DNA of 34,096 nucleotides from an uncultured Nitrososphaeraceae archaeon (GTDB lineage: Archaea > Thermoproteota > Nitrososphaeria > Nitrososphaerales > Nitrososphaeraceae). The stretch is from assembly GCA_963825865.1 (NCBI GenBank), contig CAWGVG010000056.1, forward strand, positions 1 to 34,096, given 5' to 3'. Below the pieces are notes generated by a model. It saw only the letters and a program-made list of their open reading frames with translations. It searched no databases and was not told the DNA's origin. This document shows positions 1 through 11,008 of the stretch, in pieces (position 1 is the stretch's first letter; each line of letters begins with the position of its first letter). A program made the position numbers and the translations under genes.

Positions 1-190
1 CATGAATCGTTGTCCTTCAAGTTCAAAGGTCACAGTCATCACGGTTCCCTTTGGTCTTCCTGAGACCTCGCAGCTGATTCTCCATAATGGGCAATATCAA
101 TGATTTTTGATTTTGAAAATAGATGTATAAAATTTTGCTCCTTTCTTCTGCATTGTCGTCAAACCACAAATGAGGAGCTATTTTTTGCAT
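1..190 (-). CDS. VOC/PhnB-like (3-demethylubiquinone-9 3-methyltransferase family) protein, N-terminal part, frameshifted, runs off window edge
   Basis: Starts MQKIAPHLWFDDNAEE; other frames give KFYTSIF and SGRPKGTVMTVTFELEGQRFM, typical of this family. Confidence 0.8.
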
Positions 191-409
191 AACGAACTTG
201 TTCATAGATGCCCTATAACAAATGATATAAAAGACATTACTCCCCAAGGGAGACTCAATTCCATTTAGCGAAGAGCTTCATAGAACAAGCAGTTTTTTTG
301 TTTATGTTATTAGCTAAAAGACGCAAATCTGGTAGTCTTGCTACCAGTTGAACTAATAATTTGAATTACATCTGATTTATCTTGTTTTGAGAGTTTCACA
401 TTTTTACAC

Positions 410-462
410 AAATAGTCTAATACCTCCCATAAATAGACTATTTAGACTGATTTATTAGTCTA
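410..462. promoter_or_regulatory. Cluster of inverted TAGACT/AGTCTA half-sites, possible operator
   Basis: AAATAGTCTA (410-419) and TAGACTATTT (434-443) form a perfect 10-bp inverted repeat; TAGACT (443-448) and AGTCTA (457-462) form a second pair. Confidence 0.3.
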
Positions 463-1494
463 CTACTATTTTCTTTAACATGCTCCTAAGAAAAATGCTG
501 TTAATTGGAAAGATAGACGATCACCATCAAAGCCATTGATCCTGTTACATGCTTATAGAGAAGGCAATGTGTAAACACTTTTGACTCAGTCTTTGGTGTT
601 TCGTTTGTCTACTATGTAGCCACCAGGCTCTAGGAAATATCCACCGGGTCCTTCCATTGCTTTTGTAAATTCTTTTTGTTTGTGCAGATCTTCAGATATA
701 CTTTTTATTCTCTTCCTTTTTGTGAGCCATTCAATATGCTTTCATAATCCAAACCACACATACGGAAAATATTGTAGTTTATACCTTAAATGACTTTGTA
801 GTAAATGTATGATTGACACACCGGGCTTGGCACAGAGTCAGGAATAGCTTGAGCAGTTCAAGCGGTGGTTCAGTACCAAACATGGTTGGCCAAATATTGG
901 TACTGCCTAAACCAGCAGTATGAACATGATAAGAACGGAAGCAGCAATAATAACTGGTACTTGTTATGCACAGCTGATAGTAACACATAACAAATATCTT
1001 CCTCAATTTTTTGTTTGTAACAACAATCTCATTTACTATCATCATATTTCGTTATTATCTATAGTAGTAACATTCGTTCTTTTCCTTTTTGTCTTCTGTC
1101 TGCTGTGATGTACTACCTTACTTTTGGTTTATTAGCAATAGCCCTAAGGCGGAAATTCGAACGTAGATTTAGACATTAATTTAAATCATCACGTAAAAGA
1201 ATTTCTTACTTTAGAAAACTTGATTTGTTGTGGTTCTAGCAGTTGTTATTTCGCCAGTTTGCTCTTCCTGTTTTACTTCTCCTTCTTTATGTGAGTTTTC
1301 AGTCATCATCATGCGTAATCGAATAGGTTGAGATATTGGATAGCATGAAAAGATGAGTTAGGGTGACGAAGCCTTTGAAACACTTTCTGAAAAAGTCACA
1401 AAGAATTAAGTTGACGGCCTAGTAAAGCCGTTCCATTTTGTCCATGTCATAGAAATTGATAAGTTCTGTACAACGCTGTCATCATGTTCAAGTA

Positions 1495-1650
1495 TTACAG
1501 ATCATCTATTAGCTGAATCATGACAACTGCCTTATATATCCTAAGAGCTTTCTTCATTCTCTCCACAACCCCATCTATATCATCTGAGTTTACTACAGTA
1601 GCCACAATTTTTCTTGTAGTGTATGCAAACTTCAATGGTCCTGGCGGCTT
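1495..1650 (-). pseudogene. Possible P-II-like protein C-terminal fragment
   Basis: RKIVATVVNSDDIDGVVERMKKAL...VVMIQLIDDL loosely resembles the P-II/GlnB C-terminal half; the 5' end is replaced by HsdS sequence. Confidence 0.25.
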
Positions 1651-1651
1651 G

Positions 1652-2080
1652 TTTGAAATAATAAAAAAGAGCCAGAAGAGACATGCCTTTATGAAGGAAA
1701 ACAAAGAATATATAACAATAAATGATGAGAAAGAATATCAGCTAATCACAGTCAAATTGCATGGTCAAGGCATCTTTTTCAGAAAGTCTATGTATGGTAA
1801 GAGAATAAAAACAAAGAAACAAAAAGTAGTCAAAGCAGGACAGTTTATAGTTGCTGAGGTAGATGCTAAATATGGGGCTTTCGGTGTTATTCCTAGGGAA
1901 TTAGAAGGTGCAATAGTATCGTCTCATTATTGGTTATTTGATTTAGATGAAGAGAAAATCCTTCCAAAACAAGAACAGGAGAAAATAGTCAAAGAACTAA
2001 ACAATCAACAGGAAATAAAGAATAACGCGCAACAAGCATTTGATTCGTTAATAAACGAATCCATAATCAAACCTTGTTGA
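1652..2080 (+). pseudogene. hsdS: Restriction-modification specificity (HsdS-type TRD) fragment with internal deletion
   Basis: ITVKLHGQG...IKTKKQKVVKAGQFIVAEVDAKYGAFGVIPRELEGAIVSSHYWLF is a TRD; it is followed directly by the conserved helix LPKQEQEKIVKEL. Confidence 0.75.
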
Positions 2081-2371
2081 CAGGTAATTAAGATCTATTG
2101 AGTTATATAGATTAGGAAATTTTTGCTATGACTCGCTAGTTAACAGAACCTGATGTAGATTACTTATTTGCCTGTCAGTAGTACCATTCAATTATAACTA
2201 AATTATAAATTAATCTATGTCTGATATATTAAAAAGACATTATCGATCTACTCACAGAAAAATATAGGAAGTTTGTTTGTTTGTTTTTAGTTAACCGCTA
2301 AGGCCCGTGTCCGAAGCAAAGTCCTTTACTGGCATTGAATGCTTTGCTACTAGTTTAACACTCTTTCTGTA

Positions 2372-3103
2372 TCAAGTAGTAGTACATTCCACGTTACCTG
2401 TGAATGTTGCATGTTCTCCGTCAGCAGTTGCAAATTGTATTGTTTCACCTGTTCCACATTGTCCAGTCATGGTAGCACTTGAAGGAAGTTGCGCGCTTCC
2501 ACAATGCGCAATAGGGCCCTGTGAAAGTTCTGTTCCAGTAATGGTAAATGAGTTTCCAGTTATTTGTACACTATCCAAGGTACCTGTTTTTGTAAAACCT
2601 GGGCCAACAAATACCTCGAACTGTCCTTGGACCTCAGCACTTCCACTTTGCTTAACAGAAAATGTTATAGATGTTATTAATGGTATTGGAATTGGGCTTC
2701 CTGGACAAAAGGTTTCCCCTTCTCCTTGTCCACTTACCTGTATTGATGTTGGAGTTTTAGTTGGTGTTGGTGTTGGTAGAGTAGATATAACTCCTTCTTG
2801 TGTACAAGTTGCATTTTCACCTGGATGGGGACATATCAGGTTTTCACATTCTTGGTTTGTTTTTGTATCAAATCCACTTGCTGACCCTCTGTTTTTGCAG
2901 TCCTCGATGGTAACTGTGTTGTCGTTACCATTTCCACTTCCATTATCTCTTGTCTTTTTATTATCGTCTTGTCGTGGTAGTTTCTTAGCATAAGCATATG
3001 CGGACTGCGTTGATGTTGCCATCGTTGCTAATGTTCCTACTACTAATGTTGCTGCGATAAAGACAGCAACTAACGCTAGAGTTCTCGTTATTGTGTTGTT
3101 CAT
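2372..3103 (-). CDS. Secreted Cys/Thr-rich hypothetical protein
   Basis: 243-aa ORF with signal-peptide-like N-terminus ending QSAYAYA, a PT linker and several Cys. Confidence 0.8.
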   Translation of the reverse strand: MNNTITRTLALVAVFIAATLVVGTLATMATSTQSAYAYAKKLPRQDDNKKTRDNGSGNGNDNTVTIEDCKNRGSASGFDTKTNQECENLICPHPGENATCTQEGVISTLPTPTPTKTPTSIQVSGQGEGETFCPGSPIPIPLITSITFSVKQSGSAEVQGQFEVFVGPGFTKTGTLDSVQITGNSFTITGTELSQGPIAHCGSAQLPSSATMTGQCGTGETIQFATADGEHATFTGNVECTTT

Positions 3104-3277
3104 ATCTATATTCGGAATATGATGCCATCTGTATATTTGACTTGAGTAAGTTACTGCTGATTTATATGATATAATTTACTACAGACTTATCTAGTATAAC
3201 TATCAAAAATATCAAATGAACTATTCTTACTTATTTACCTATTATTGATAGCATTCAGTTATAACTAGATTCTAGTA

Positions 3278-3752
3278 ATGAGTGGACCTGAAGGGAGTAT
3301 AATAAACAGCAATTATGTCTATGCTGCCAAATCATCAGGTGGAGGAGGATCAAGTGATGGAGGAGGTAGCAGTGGCGGTAGTAGTCACAGTAGTAAAGGT
3401 GGAAGGCAGCGGAGGTGGAGGTGGCGGAAGTGACGGCGGCGGCGGCGACAAAGGCGGTAGTAATGGCGGCGGAGATTCAAGCAAAGGCTTTTCTGATAGT
3501 GGTGGTAGCGATAGTAAAAGTAGTGATTCCAAAAGTAGTGATGGAGTAGGAACAACGTCCTCAGGAACACCCAAAGATGACGGTAACATTGTCGATCGAA
3601 GCACAGAGGGAGGAGGAGGAGCAACAGGAATAACTCCTAATCCTAACGAGAATGGCTTTATAAACAAAGATGGTCCACAGACTCCTTCGAATGATCATCC
3701 AGTATTTAACGGTCCTCCAATTGAAAACTGTGGTGGTGGCGCTTTCAAATAG
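3278..3752 (+). CDS. Gly/Ser-rich low-complexity (probably secreted) protein, frameshifted
   Basis: MSGPEGSIINSNYVYAAKSSGGGGSSDGGGSSGG joins, by a frameshift near 3405, the GSGGGGGGSDGGGGDKGG...PPIENC frame. Confidence 0.6.
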
Positions 3753-3868
3753 TATAATATTTAAATATAAAATATCAAATGATCGGATGATAATTCAGAT
3801 TAGTACGAACGTTCGATTCGCAAATTAAATAAATAGAAAACTTGAACAAATATATAACAAAAACAAGT

Positions 3869-3908
3869 GAACCCTTCTATGGGTCGGAGTCAAATCCTTC
3901 TCAGACCA
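3869..3908 (+). other. Degenerate tRNA 3'-end-like / att-like motif
   Basis: GAACCCTTCTATG followed by GGTCGGAGTCAAATCCTTCTCAGACCA, resembling a T-arm plus acceptor strand. Confidence 0.3.
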
Positions 3909-4228
3909 TCATTTCAGACATTATCTTGGTGAAACAAGCTTCAAATTTAGTTATCTATACTCATTAACATAAATTCATCAAGTCAATCAACGCATCTGCT
4001 CTCTGGTTAAACACTTTTGTAGTTATACGAAATTATGTTATGCAGTATAGATTGAGATTCCTTTTCAACTGCGTGATCATCTCATTAATGTGGTGATCGA
4101 TTGGTTTTGGAAAAGTAAGCATGTTGATCAGGTCCTACATAGATAAGACACATATTCGCATCATCCTTACACAGCTGGTACTTTGCCTGCCATGTACTAT
4201 AATGAACCACAAGCTGTGTCAGTAGCGC

Positions 4229-4705
4229 AAAATTAGTTATGACAATGCTTTGAAAATAAACCCAAATAATGGCAAGGCTTGGCTTGTTAAAGCAGAGGCT
4301 CTTTATGATTTGGGGGGAGGTGGATATAATCAAAGAAGGGAATAACTATCGTACCATCCATTCTAGCGTTCTAGTATAGAAAATCATGATAGCGTTCCAG
4401 CTGAAGAATATAACATGCAAACGTGCAAATCATAACTATCGTACCATCCAAACACAGAAGTAAGCGAAGAGATATCTCTGAAATGCTATTATTGCTATGA
4501 GTTGGCCTGGGATGAAAATGATATCAAATATTATGAAGAATATTCAAAAGTAAACAAGGAAGATCCTACTCCATACTCTAGAGCATGGGTTAGTAAAAGA
4601 GCATGGCATCGTAAAGGACACGATCTTATTAATTTAGGCGAATATGAAAAAGCTATAGAGTGTTACAATAAAGCCATACTCTTTAGTCATATGCGCAATT
4701 CCTAA
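4229..4705 (+). pseudogene. TPR-repeat protein remnant interrupted by an inserted scrambled sequence
   Basis: KISYDNALKINPNNGKAWLVKAEALYDLG (4229-4315) and AWHRKGHDLINLGEYEKAIECYNKAI are TPR motifs. Confidence 0.7.
4319..4450 (+). repeat. Out-of-order patchwork copy of segments of 7059-7327
   Basis: 4319-4339 = 7090-7110; 4345-4370 is near-identical to 7059-7084; 4373-4415 = 7285-7327; ATAACTATCGTACCATCCA recurs at 4432-4450. Confidence 0.9.
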
Positions 4706-4749
4706 TTCATAGAAAACATTTGGATTCTTATCTGTCAAATCTGGATTAG

Positions 4750-5025
4750 TCTCAAAGGATGAGTATGTACCTGCTCTTTCTATAGACGGAAAGCTAAGGA
4801 ATGATAAATACGTTGGGACAAGTTTTGGCAGCTCCATTATTTGCCAGGCATCTTGCATTTCTGGATAAATCTCTGAGAGGGAAACTACGAAATGCAGAGA
4901 CACTTAAAGCTTTAGCATATAGTGCATGTTATCCTACAAAGGATTATGATAGCTTTTGTGGTTTTGGTATTTTGGATCCACGACAGTTGTCCGTGAACCC
5001 CGCTAAAAGCAATTTTCCTCATTGA
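4750..5025 (+). pseudogene. S8 (subtilisin-like) serine protease, catalytic-Ser region fragment
   Basis: Removing one G at about 4827 gives KYVGTSFAAPLFARHLAFL...NAETLKALAYSA...CGFGI, containing the GTSFAAP catalytic motif and downstream GFG. Confidence 0.7.
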
Positions 5026-5079
5026 TTTGTCAAAAATGCTGCTTACAAGTATGAATATATTGTACGCATTGGTTTTATC

Positions 5080-7422
5080 ATGGTAGCACTAGTAGTATTA
5101 TTAGGTAATAACGGTGTGCCAATAGTGCCAAAACTCAGCAAAATCGAGATAAAATGTCTAATGCTAGAGTTGGTAATAATACTAGCAACATCTATGATAA
5201 TAGCATCATGTCAAATATATGCCCAACCACTGTCATTATCTGTCGGCGCAGCGTCTGATATTCAGGTGCGCACATCCCCGCGAGCTATAGCTGTTAACCC
5301 AAATACAAATATGATATACGTGGCTAACTCTCGTTCTGATTCCGTCTCTGATAAATGGGACAAGTGGCATAGTATTGGCTAACAACGTTACAGTGGGCAA
5401 ATTTCCGCGAGCTGTAGCTGTTAATCCATATACAAATATGATATACGTGGCTAACGCTGGTTCCGATTCTGTCTCTGTGATAAATGGCATAACAAATAAG
5501 CCAGCTCAACCTGATATAAAGGTGGGCACATCTCCGTTTGCTGTAGCTGTTAACCCAAATACAAATATGATATACGTGGCTAACCTTGTTTCTGATTCTG
5601 TCTCTGTGATAAATGGCAAAACAAATAACGTATCAACAGCTCAACCTGATATTAAGGTGGGTATATCTCCATCTGCTGTAGCTGTTAACCCAAATACAAA
5701 TATGATATACGTCGCTAACTATGGTTCTGATTCCGTCTCTGTGATAAATGGGGCAACTGACAAAGTATTGGCTAACAACGTTACAGTTGGCAAATTTCCG
5801 CAAGCTGTAACTGTTAACCCAAATACAAACAAAGTATACGTGACATTTGGAGAAGGGAAGAGGATCCTTGTGATAGATGATCATAATGATATCGGAACCG
5901 TAGTATATGGCAATTATTCTGATCCAAGTGTAGGTGCTATAGCTGTTAACCCAAATACAAACAAAGTATACGTGGCTAACGCTGGTTCTGATTCTGTCTC
6001 TGTGATAAATGGCATAACAAATAACGTATCAACAGCTCAACCTGATATTAAGGTAGGCAAATCTCCATCTGCTGTAGCTGTTAATCCATATACAAACAAA
6101 GTATACGTCGCTAACTTCTATTCTGATTCTGTCTCTGTGATAAATGGCATAACAAATAAGCCAGCTCAACCTGATATTAAGGTGGGTATATCTCCGTTTG
6201 CTGTAGCTGTTAACCCAAATACAAATATGATATACGTGGCTAACGCTGGTTCTGATTCTGTCTCTGATAAATGGCAAAGCAAATAACGTATCAACAGCTC
6301 AACCTGATATTAAGGTGGACAAATCTCCGAAAGCTGTAGCTGTTAATCCATATACAAATATGATATACGTGGCTAACGCTGGTTCTGATTCTGTCTCTAT
6401 GATAGATCCGTATAATGTAAGCAAATACACTGAAGGTAGTATAGCGGCGAACACCGCAGTGGGCAAAGCTCCGCAAGCTGTAACTGTTAACCCAAATACA
6501 AATATGATATACGTGGCTAACTTCTATCCTAATTCTGTCTCTGTAATAGATGGGACAAGTGGCAAAGTATTGGCTAACAACGTTACAGTGGGCAAATTTC
6601 CGCAAGCTGTAGCTGTTAATCCATATACAAATATGATATACGTGGCTAACTCTGGTTCTGATTCTGTCTCTGTGATAGATGGATCAATTAACAATATAGT
6701 AGCAGGAGTGACCTTTAACATTCATCCTTTTAATGCAGGCCATATAACATGTAATAATGATATTTCAACAAATGTTTATGTTAGGATTAGATTTGGAACC
6801 CAATGCAAAGCCGAGGCTAATAGTGGTTTTGTATTTAGTTCTTGGTCTGAAAATCTAGGGCATAATTCAAGCAAGACTATGACAACATCACCAATTTCTG
6901 ATTCATGGACTTCCTTATTAAATGCTATAGGTCTTTTAAACGATAATTCTTCTACATTCAAAATTTCTCAATATGGAAACTTTATCGCTAACTTTAGAGA
7001 AGCTCCTTCTCCAATTCCACCGGCGTATTTGCTCGCCATATTTGGCTTTATTCTCAGTACTATCTGTACCATCCATTCTACGTTGGATCGGTGGATATAA
7101 TCAAAGAAGGAATCTATACAAATACATGCTGGATCAAATTGATTCTAGTCGTGAGAGCATCGATCGAAACACAAGAACAAAAAAGATTACAGAATTATAT
7201 ACGGAAGGAAAGATAACTGCATCACAACGCAAAATGTTAGAAGAAAAGATTTCACGGTATTATAAGGCGGTGAGTGATACGACCAGTATAGAAAATCATG
7301 ATAGCGTTCCAGCTGAAGAATATAACAAATCCGTACCTGCAAGAAAATCAGCTACAGGAACTATAATGCCACCAACAGCGAAGCAAGAGTCTAATCCTAA
7401 CACCAATTTAGAGAATAAATAG
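5080..7422 (+). CDS. YVTN/YncE-type beta-propeller repeat surface protein with C-terminal TM segment, split by 3 frameshifts
   Basis: 11 repeats of P-x-A-V-[AT]-V-N-P-[NY]-T-N-x-[IV]-Y-V-A-N-x-x-S-D-S-V-S-V-I; signal-like N-terminus; TM PPAYLLAIFGFILSTIVPSILRW after indel repair at about 5350, 6266 and 7065. Confidence 0.9.
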
Positions 7423-7940
7423 ACAAAACATGCTGGGATGTTCGTAAGCTTTTCTACCGCCGCTCAGAAAATTATTGCTACATTTATGAGGCCTTATAGC
7501 ATATATATGGTAGCGTTTGAGTGAAGTCTCAAGTCTCCGCAGTATAATTAGTAGGCTCGATTTTCCCAAGTATCTGATACATATCTTTATTGTCTGGAGA
7601 AGTCATGTTGGTATGACTTCTTCTCTACAACAACAAGGAGTTACAAGCTTCCCTAGTCAGTATGGCGTCGGTATGAATAAACCAGGAGAATATGGAGCAG
7701 GAAGGTTTTTAAGATCATCCCAAATGCAATAAAAGTTAGTTCTTTCTAAATCTTTTATTTGTTCATCAGAGCTATAATTACGCTTTATGGCATAGATTAA
7801 TTTAAGGTCATCGAACTCGTAAGACTCAATTTAATATAGTTGTCAAAACTCAATTTATCATCACCTTTATTGTAATCCTAAAGTATCGCACGCACCGATA
7901 TTCCTTAAACGATTCTGATGTGAACCTGTTATGTAATATG

Positions 7941-8411
7941 TTATGCAATATTGTTATTACTACCATTAACATTTCCATGTTTTGATTGGGGTATAGGAGG
8001 ATGAGAATCTACTGCTATACCTAACATACCTCTGTGTCCATACGTTGAAACGTTAACATCCATCAAGGGTTGTGGCAATATCATGCCATTTACAATCCTT
8101 TTTACAGTACCAGTATCTTTTTCTGTGACCAAAATATCTTTGGGGCCTAAGAAAGCCATACTGGTAGGATATCTTAATCCTCTGAAAATTATTTCTGGCC
8201 TTAAATTGGGATCATTTATAATTGGTCCTTTAGAAGAAGGAACGCCTACTTCAGGATATTTTGAGTCCAATGCTTTTGCAAGGTGGTAGTTATAATGATA
8301 TTCATCAAAGTATTGATATTCAACTGCCAAAGATATAGATGTCAAAATCAAAATTCCAAATAAAATTAGTCTTACAAATGATGACGATGATGATATTAAT
8401 GAACGGAACAT
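7941..8411 (-). pseudogene. PQQ-dependent glucose/sorbosone dehydrogenase family, N-terminal fragment
   Basis: Signal peptide then GPIINDPNL...GLRYPTSMAFLGPKDILVTEKDTGTVKRIVNG...RGMLGIAV; stops far short of full length. Confidence 0.85.
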
Positions 8412-8989
8412 TCCAAACTTGTCAAAGACTAAATGGAATAATATAATATTAATAGTATCAATTTTTGCATAAATGTATGTATCTTAATTACTCACGTTCC
8501 TTTCTAACAGGGAAGTGGAATTGCTAATAAGATTAAATAGTTCTTACTTTATTGTTGGAACCAACGCTACAAAATCAGGAATGATTGACTACATATGTGT
8601 GGTCTCTCTTCTTCTGGTGATTTTACATTCATAATTGAAGGTCCTTCTTTGAGACACTAAATCATACTTACTTACATAAGGTGCTGACGATATTGTAAGA
8701 TAGTCGTGCTCTATGAAGCAGTTTATCTTCACTATTTTACATAAGGAATCCCCCAACAGCATGTAAAGGGGTTCGGTATCCTAGTTTTAAAATATTTCGA
8801 GAACTAGGGATTGACTCATAGTGTTATATGCAGTACGATTGTAAAATTGTACGTCCAAAGACATGTTTCATGCGTATTTGTCTTTTAGTAGTGGCATAAT
8901 CATTAAATTCTCTTTCACTTTTCATAATTCTTTTCATTTTAGAATAATGTCGTGAGCGAATAGCAAATAAACACAATTCGGCTTTACGT

Positions 8990-9199
8990 CTAATTATTTG
9001 CCATTTGTTCTAATTTATCTAATAGTTCATTAACATAATGCTTGTCAATCTCATGTTCGTCAGGACTAAACGTAGTCTCAAAAATAGCACATGCATTAGT
9101 TCTTACTTGTTGGTGTGTGTCGTTAAGCGATTGCATTAGTGTAGTAAAAACAACTTTGTTGACAGTTTTTTTGTCCTTTGCAAGCAGAAATCCTCCCAA
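8990..9199 (-). pseudogene. HEAT-repeat-like fragment
   Basis: SALGGFLL...LMQSLNDTHQQVRTNACAIF resembles a HEAT repeat. Confidence 0.4.
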
Positions 9200-9351
9200 G
9201 GCGGATGTTTTCGCAACGCACAGGACTTTTTATAATATATCTCCATGCAGATATCTGAAGTGTGGTTACAAATGCTTCCAAATGTAGGTTAACTTTGTTA
9301 ACTAATCTTTTAATTATCTAATTATCTAAATATACAATGCATTAGTCGATA

Positions 9352-9819
9352 ATGCAAACCGTAAGTAAATCTATGTTCACAACAAATATCGTTATAAGGA
9401 TAAGTTTTACGGCTGTTGTATTAGCAGGAGCAATAGCATCTGCTAGTGCAGTATTGGAAATTGGAATTATTAATGGGAGTCAAGCTCAAGTAACACCCTC
9501 CTCACCTACTTCGTCATCACCTACTAACAAGACTGTTTCACCTGAGCTAAAATCAAAGATGTGTGATCCTAATAACCCAAAGCTTAGATTTGTTAATACA
9601 ACTGAGTCAAACATATGTGGTATTCCAAAAACAATAAAAAACGTCACAACAACAACGCCACCACCCACACCTTCATCACCAAAACCAATAACACCTACAA
9701 CACCTTCATCACCAAAACCAATAACACCTACAACACCTTCATCACCAAAACCAATAACACCTACAACACCTTCAGAAACAACACCAACGCCACAGGAACC
9801 TATACCTGGATTACCATAA
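9352..9819 (+). CDS. Secreted Pro/Thr/Ser-rich protein
   Basis: Signal-like N-terminus, small Cys-pair domain (KMCDP...NICG) and PT-rich repeats. Confidence 0.8.
   Translation: MQTVSKSMFTTNIVIRISFTAVVLAGAIASASAVLEIGIINGSQAQVTPSSPTSSSPTNKTVSPELKSKMCDPNNPKLRFVNTTESNICGIPKTIKNVTTTTPPPTPSSPKPITPTTPSSPKPITPTTPSSPKPITPTTPSETTPTPQEPIPGLP
9667..9774 (+). repeat. 33-bp perfect tandem repeat x3.3 (TPSSPKPITPT)
   Basis: ACACCTTCATCACCAAAACCAATAACACCTACA at 9667, 9700 and 9733, partial at 9766. Confidence 0.95.
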
Positions 9820-10549
9820 CTATTACTACTAATAACATCACTCACACATGATCTTAGTAATATTGCTGCTATTACTATGATTCCAATATATAACGACTAC
9901 CAGGTAAGATGATAATAGAAAATCCTATCTACTGACGAAATTGTCAAGAGGGCAAAATACCTAACCGAGATTTCAAATTATGTATCGGTTTGCTCATATA
10001 TCCTGTTGAACTACTGCTACTGCTGCTGTCGGATACTTTTAAACTATCGTCATCAACAAATCTTATATATCCTTAGGTTTGATTTTTGCATGCGATGTTG
10101 TTGGTATTGCAAAGACCATATACATCGACTATATGAAGACCATATCTCTTTCCAATTAAAATGACACAAATTGCAACTCCACAATTGAATAGAGTTGGTG
10201 TTATCTATTCTATGTCTTTTGACTGTTAAGAGTGTCTAATAAGCAAGGAGATAAATACATGAAGTTAAAGCACGGTAGTAGATAGCATATGCAGTTACAA
10301 TATCTTTCAACTCAATAAATTTACTTATCTAAGCCTGCTAGGTCTCCTTTCAATATCACAGAATCTTTGGATACACATACCTATCAACTGATCTATTTCT
10401 TCTCCTCCTTTTCTTTCTGATTATTTTCCTTTTTTATATTGTAATAATTTTCTCTTATTTTCTGTTTGTTGATAATGATGGTGCAAATCCTTCTATTCCA
10501 TCCAAAACCATAGAATGATTGCTATCTGTACAACAATTGCAATTGGCTT

Positions 10550-10994
10550 TCATGCAGTCTGATGCAATTCTGTGATTGCTAGCACGCTTGCAATGATAAA
10601 GCTCGTTAAAGGTCCCACTGCCGCGATTTTAAATTCCATATGAAAGTCCTTTCTTGATGGTCCTGTTGTTTCTCCTTTTTGTTCCCACTTGTATTCTTCT
10701 TCTTCTATATCTGAAACTCCACCAAAAATGAAGAGCATTATCTGGCGTACTCTAATGCCATACCTTAGTGCTAAAATGGAATGTGCTAATTCGTGTAAAA
10801 GTACAGATATAAACAATATAGCCGCACCCAGTACACCCATAATCCAATAATGTACAGTCGTTAGACACGGGATAACGATATATTTGAGGCATTAGCGTTG
10901 CTGCAAGTGTCCAAGATATTAGAAAAAAGGCAATAATTAAAGTAAAATGTAAACGGATAGGTATTCCTTTGATTTTCGCTACCTGTAGTGACAA
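10550..10994 (-). pseudogene. Site-2 protease (M50 family), N-terminal part, frameshifted and truncated
   Basis: IKGIPIRLHFT, SVLLHELAHS (HExxH), IMLFIFGGVS, EFKIAAVGP; the NxxP/LDGG and CBS regions are absent. Confidence 0.9.
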
Positions 10995-11008
10995 TATGTA
11001 TACAATAC

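Noticed and set aside
585-1108. Short ORFs upstream of the VOC gene
   Set aside because: No recognisable motifs and conflicting frames
2307-2993. 228-aa plus-strand ORF
   Set aside because: Antisense shadow of the signal-peptide-bearing ORF 2372-3103; the same applies to the shadow ORFs over the Gly-rich, YVTN, PT-rich, helicase and hsp20 genes
5260-6690. Regularly spaced near-identical repeats as a CRISPR array
   Set aside because: Units are in-frame protein repeats of about 43-46 codons and the intervening sequences are themselves repeated, not unique spacers
4319-7327. Template/variable repeat pair of a diversity-generating retroelement
   Set aside because: Copies are short, out of order and differ by indels rather than A-specific substitutions; no reverse transcriptase is present in the window
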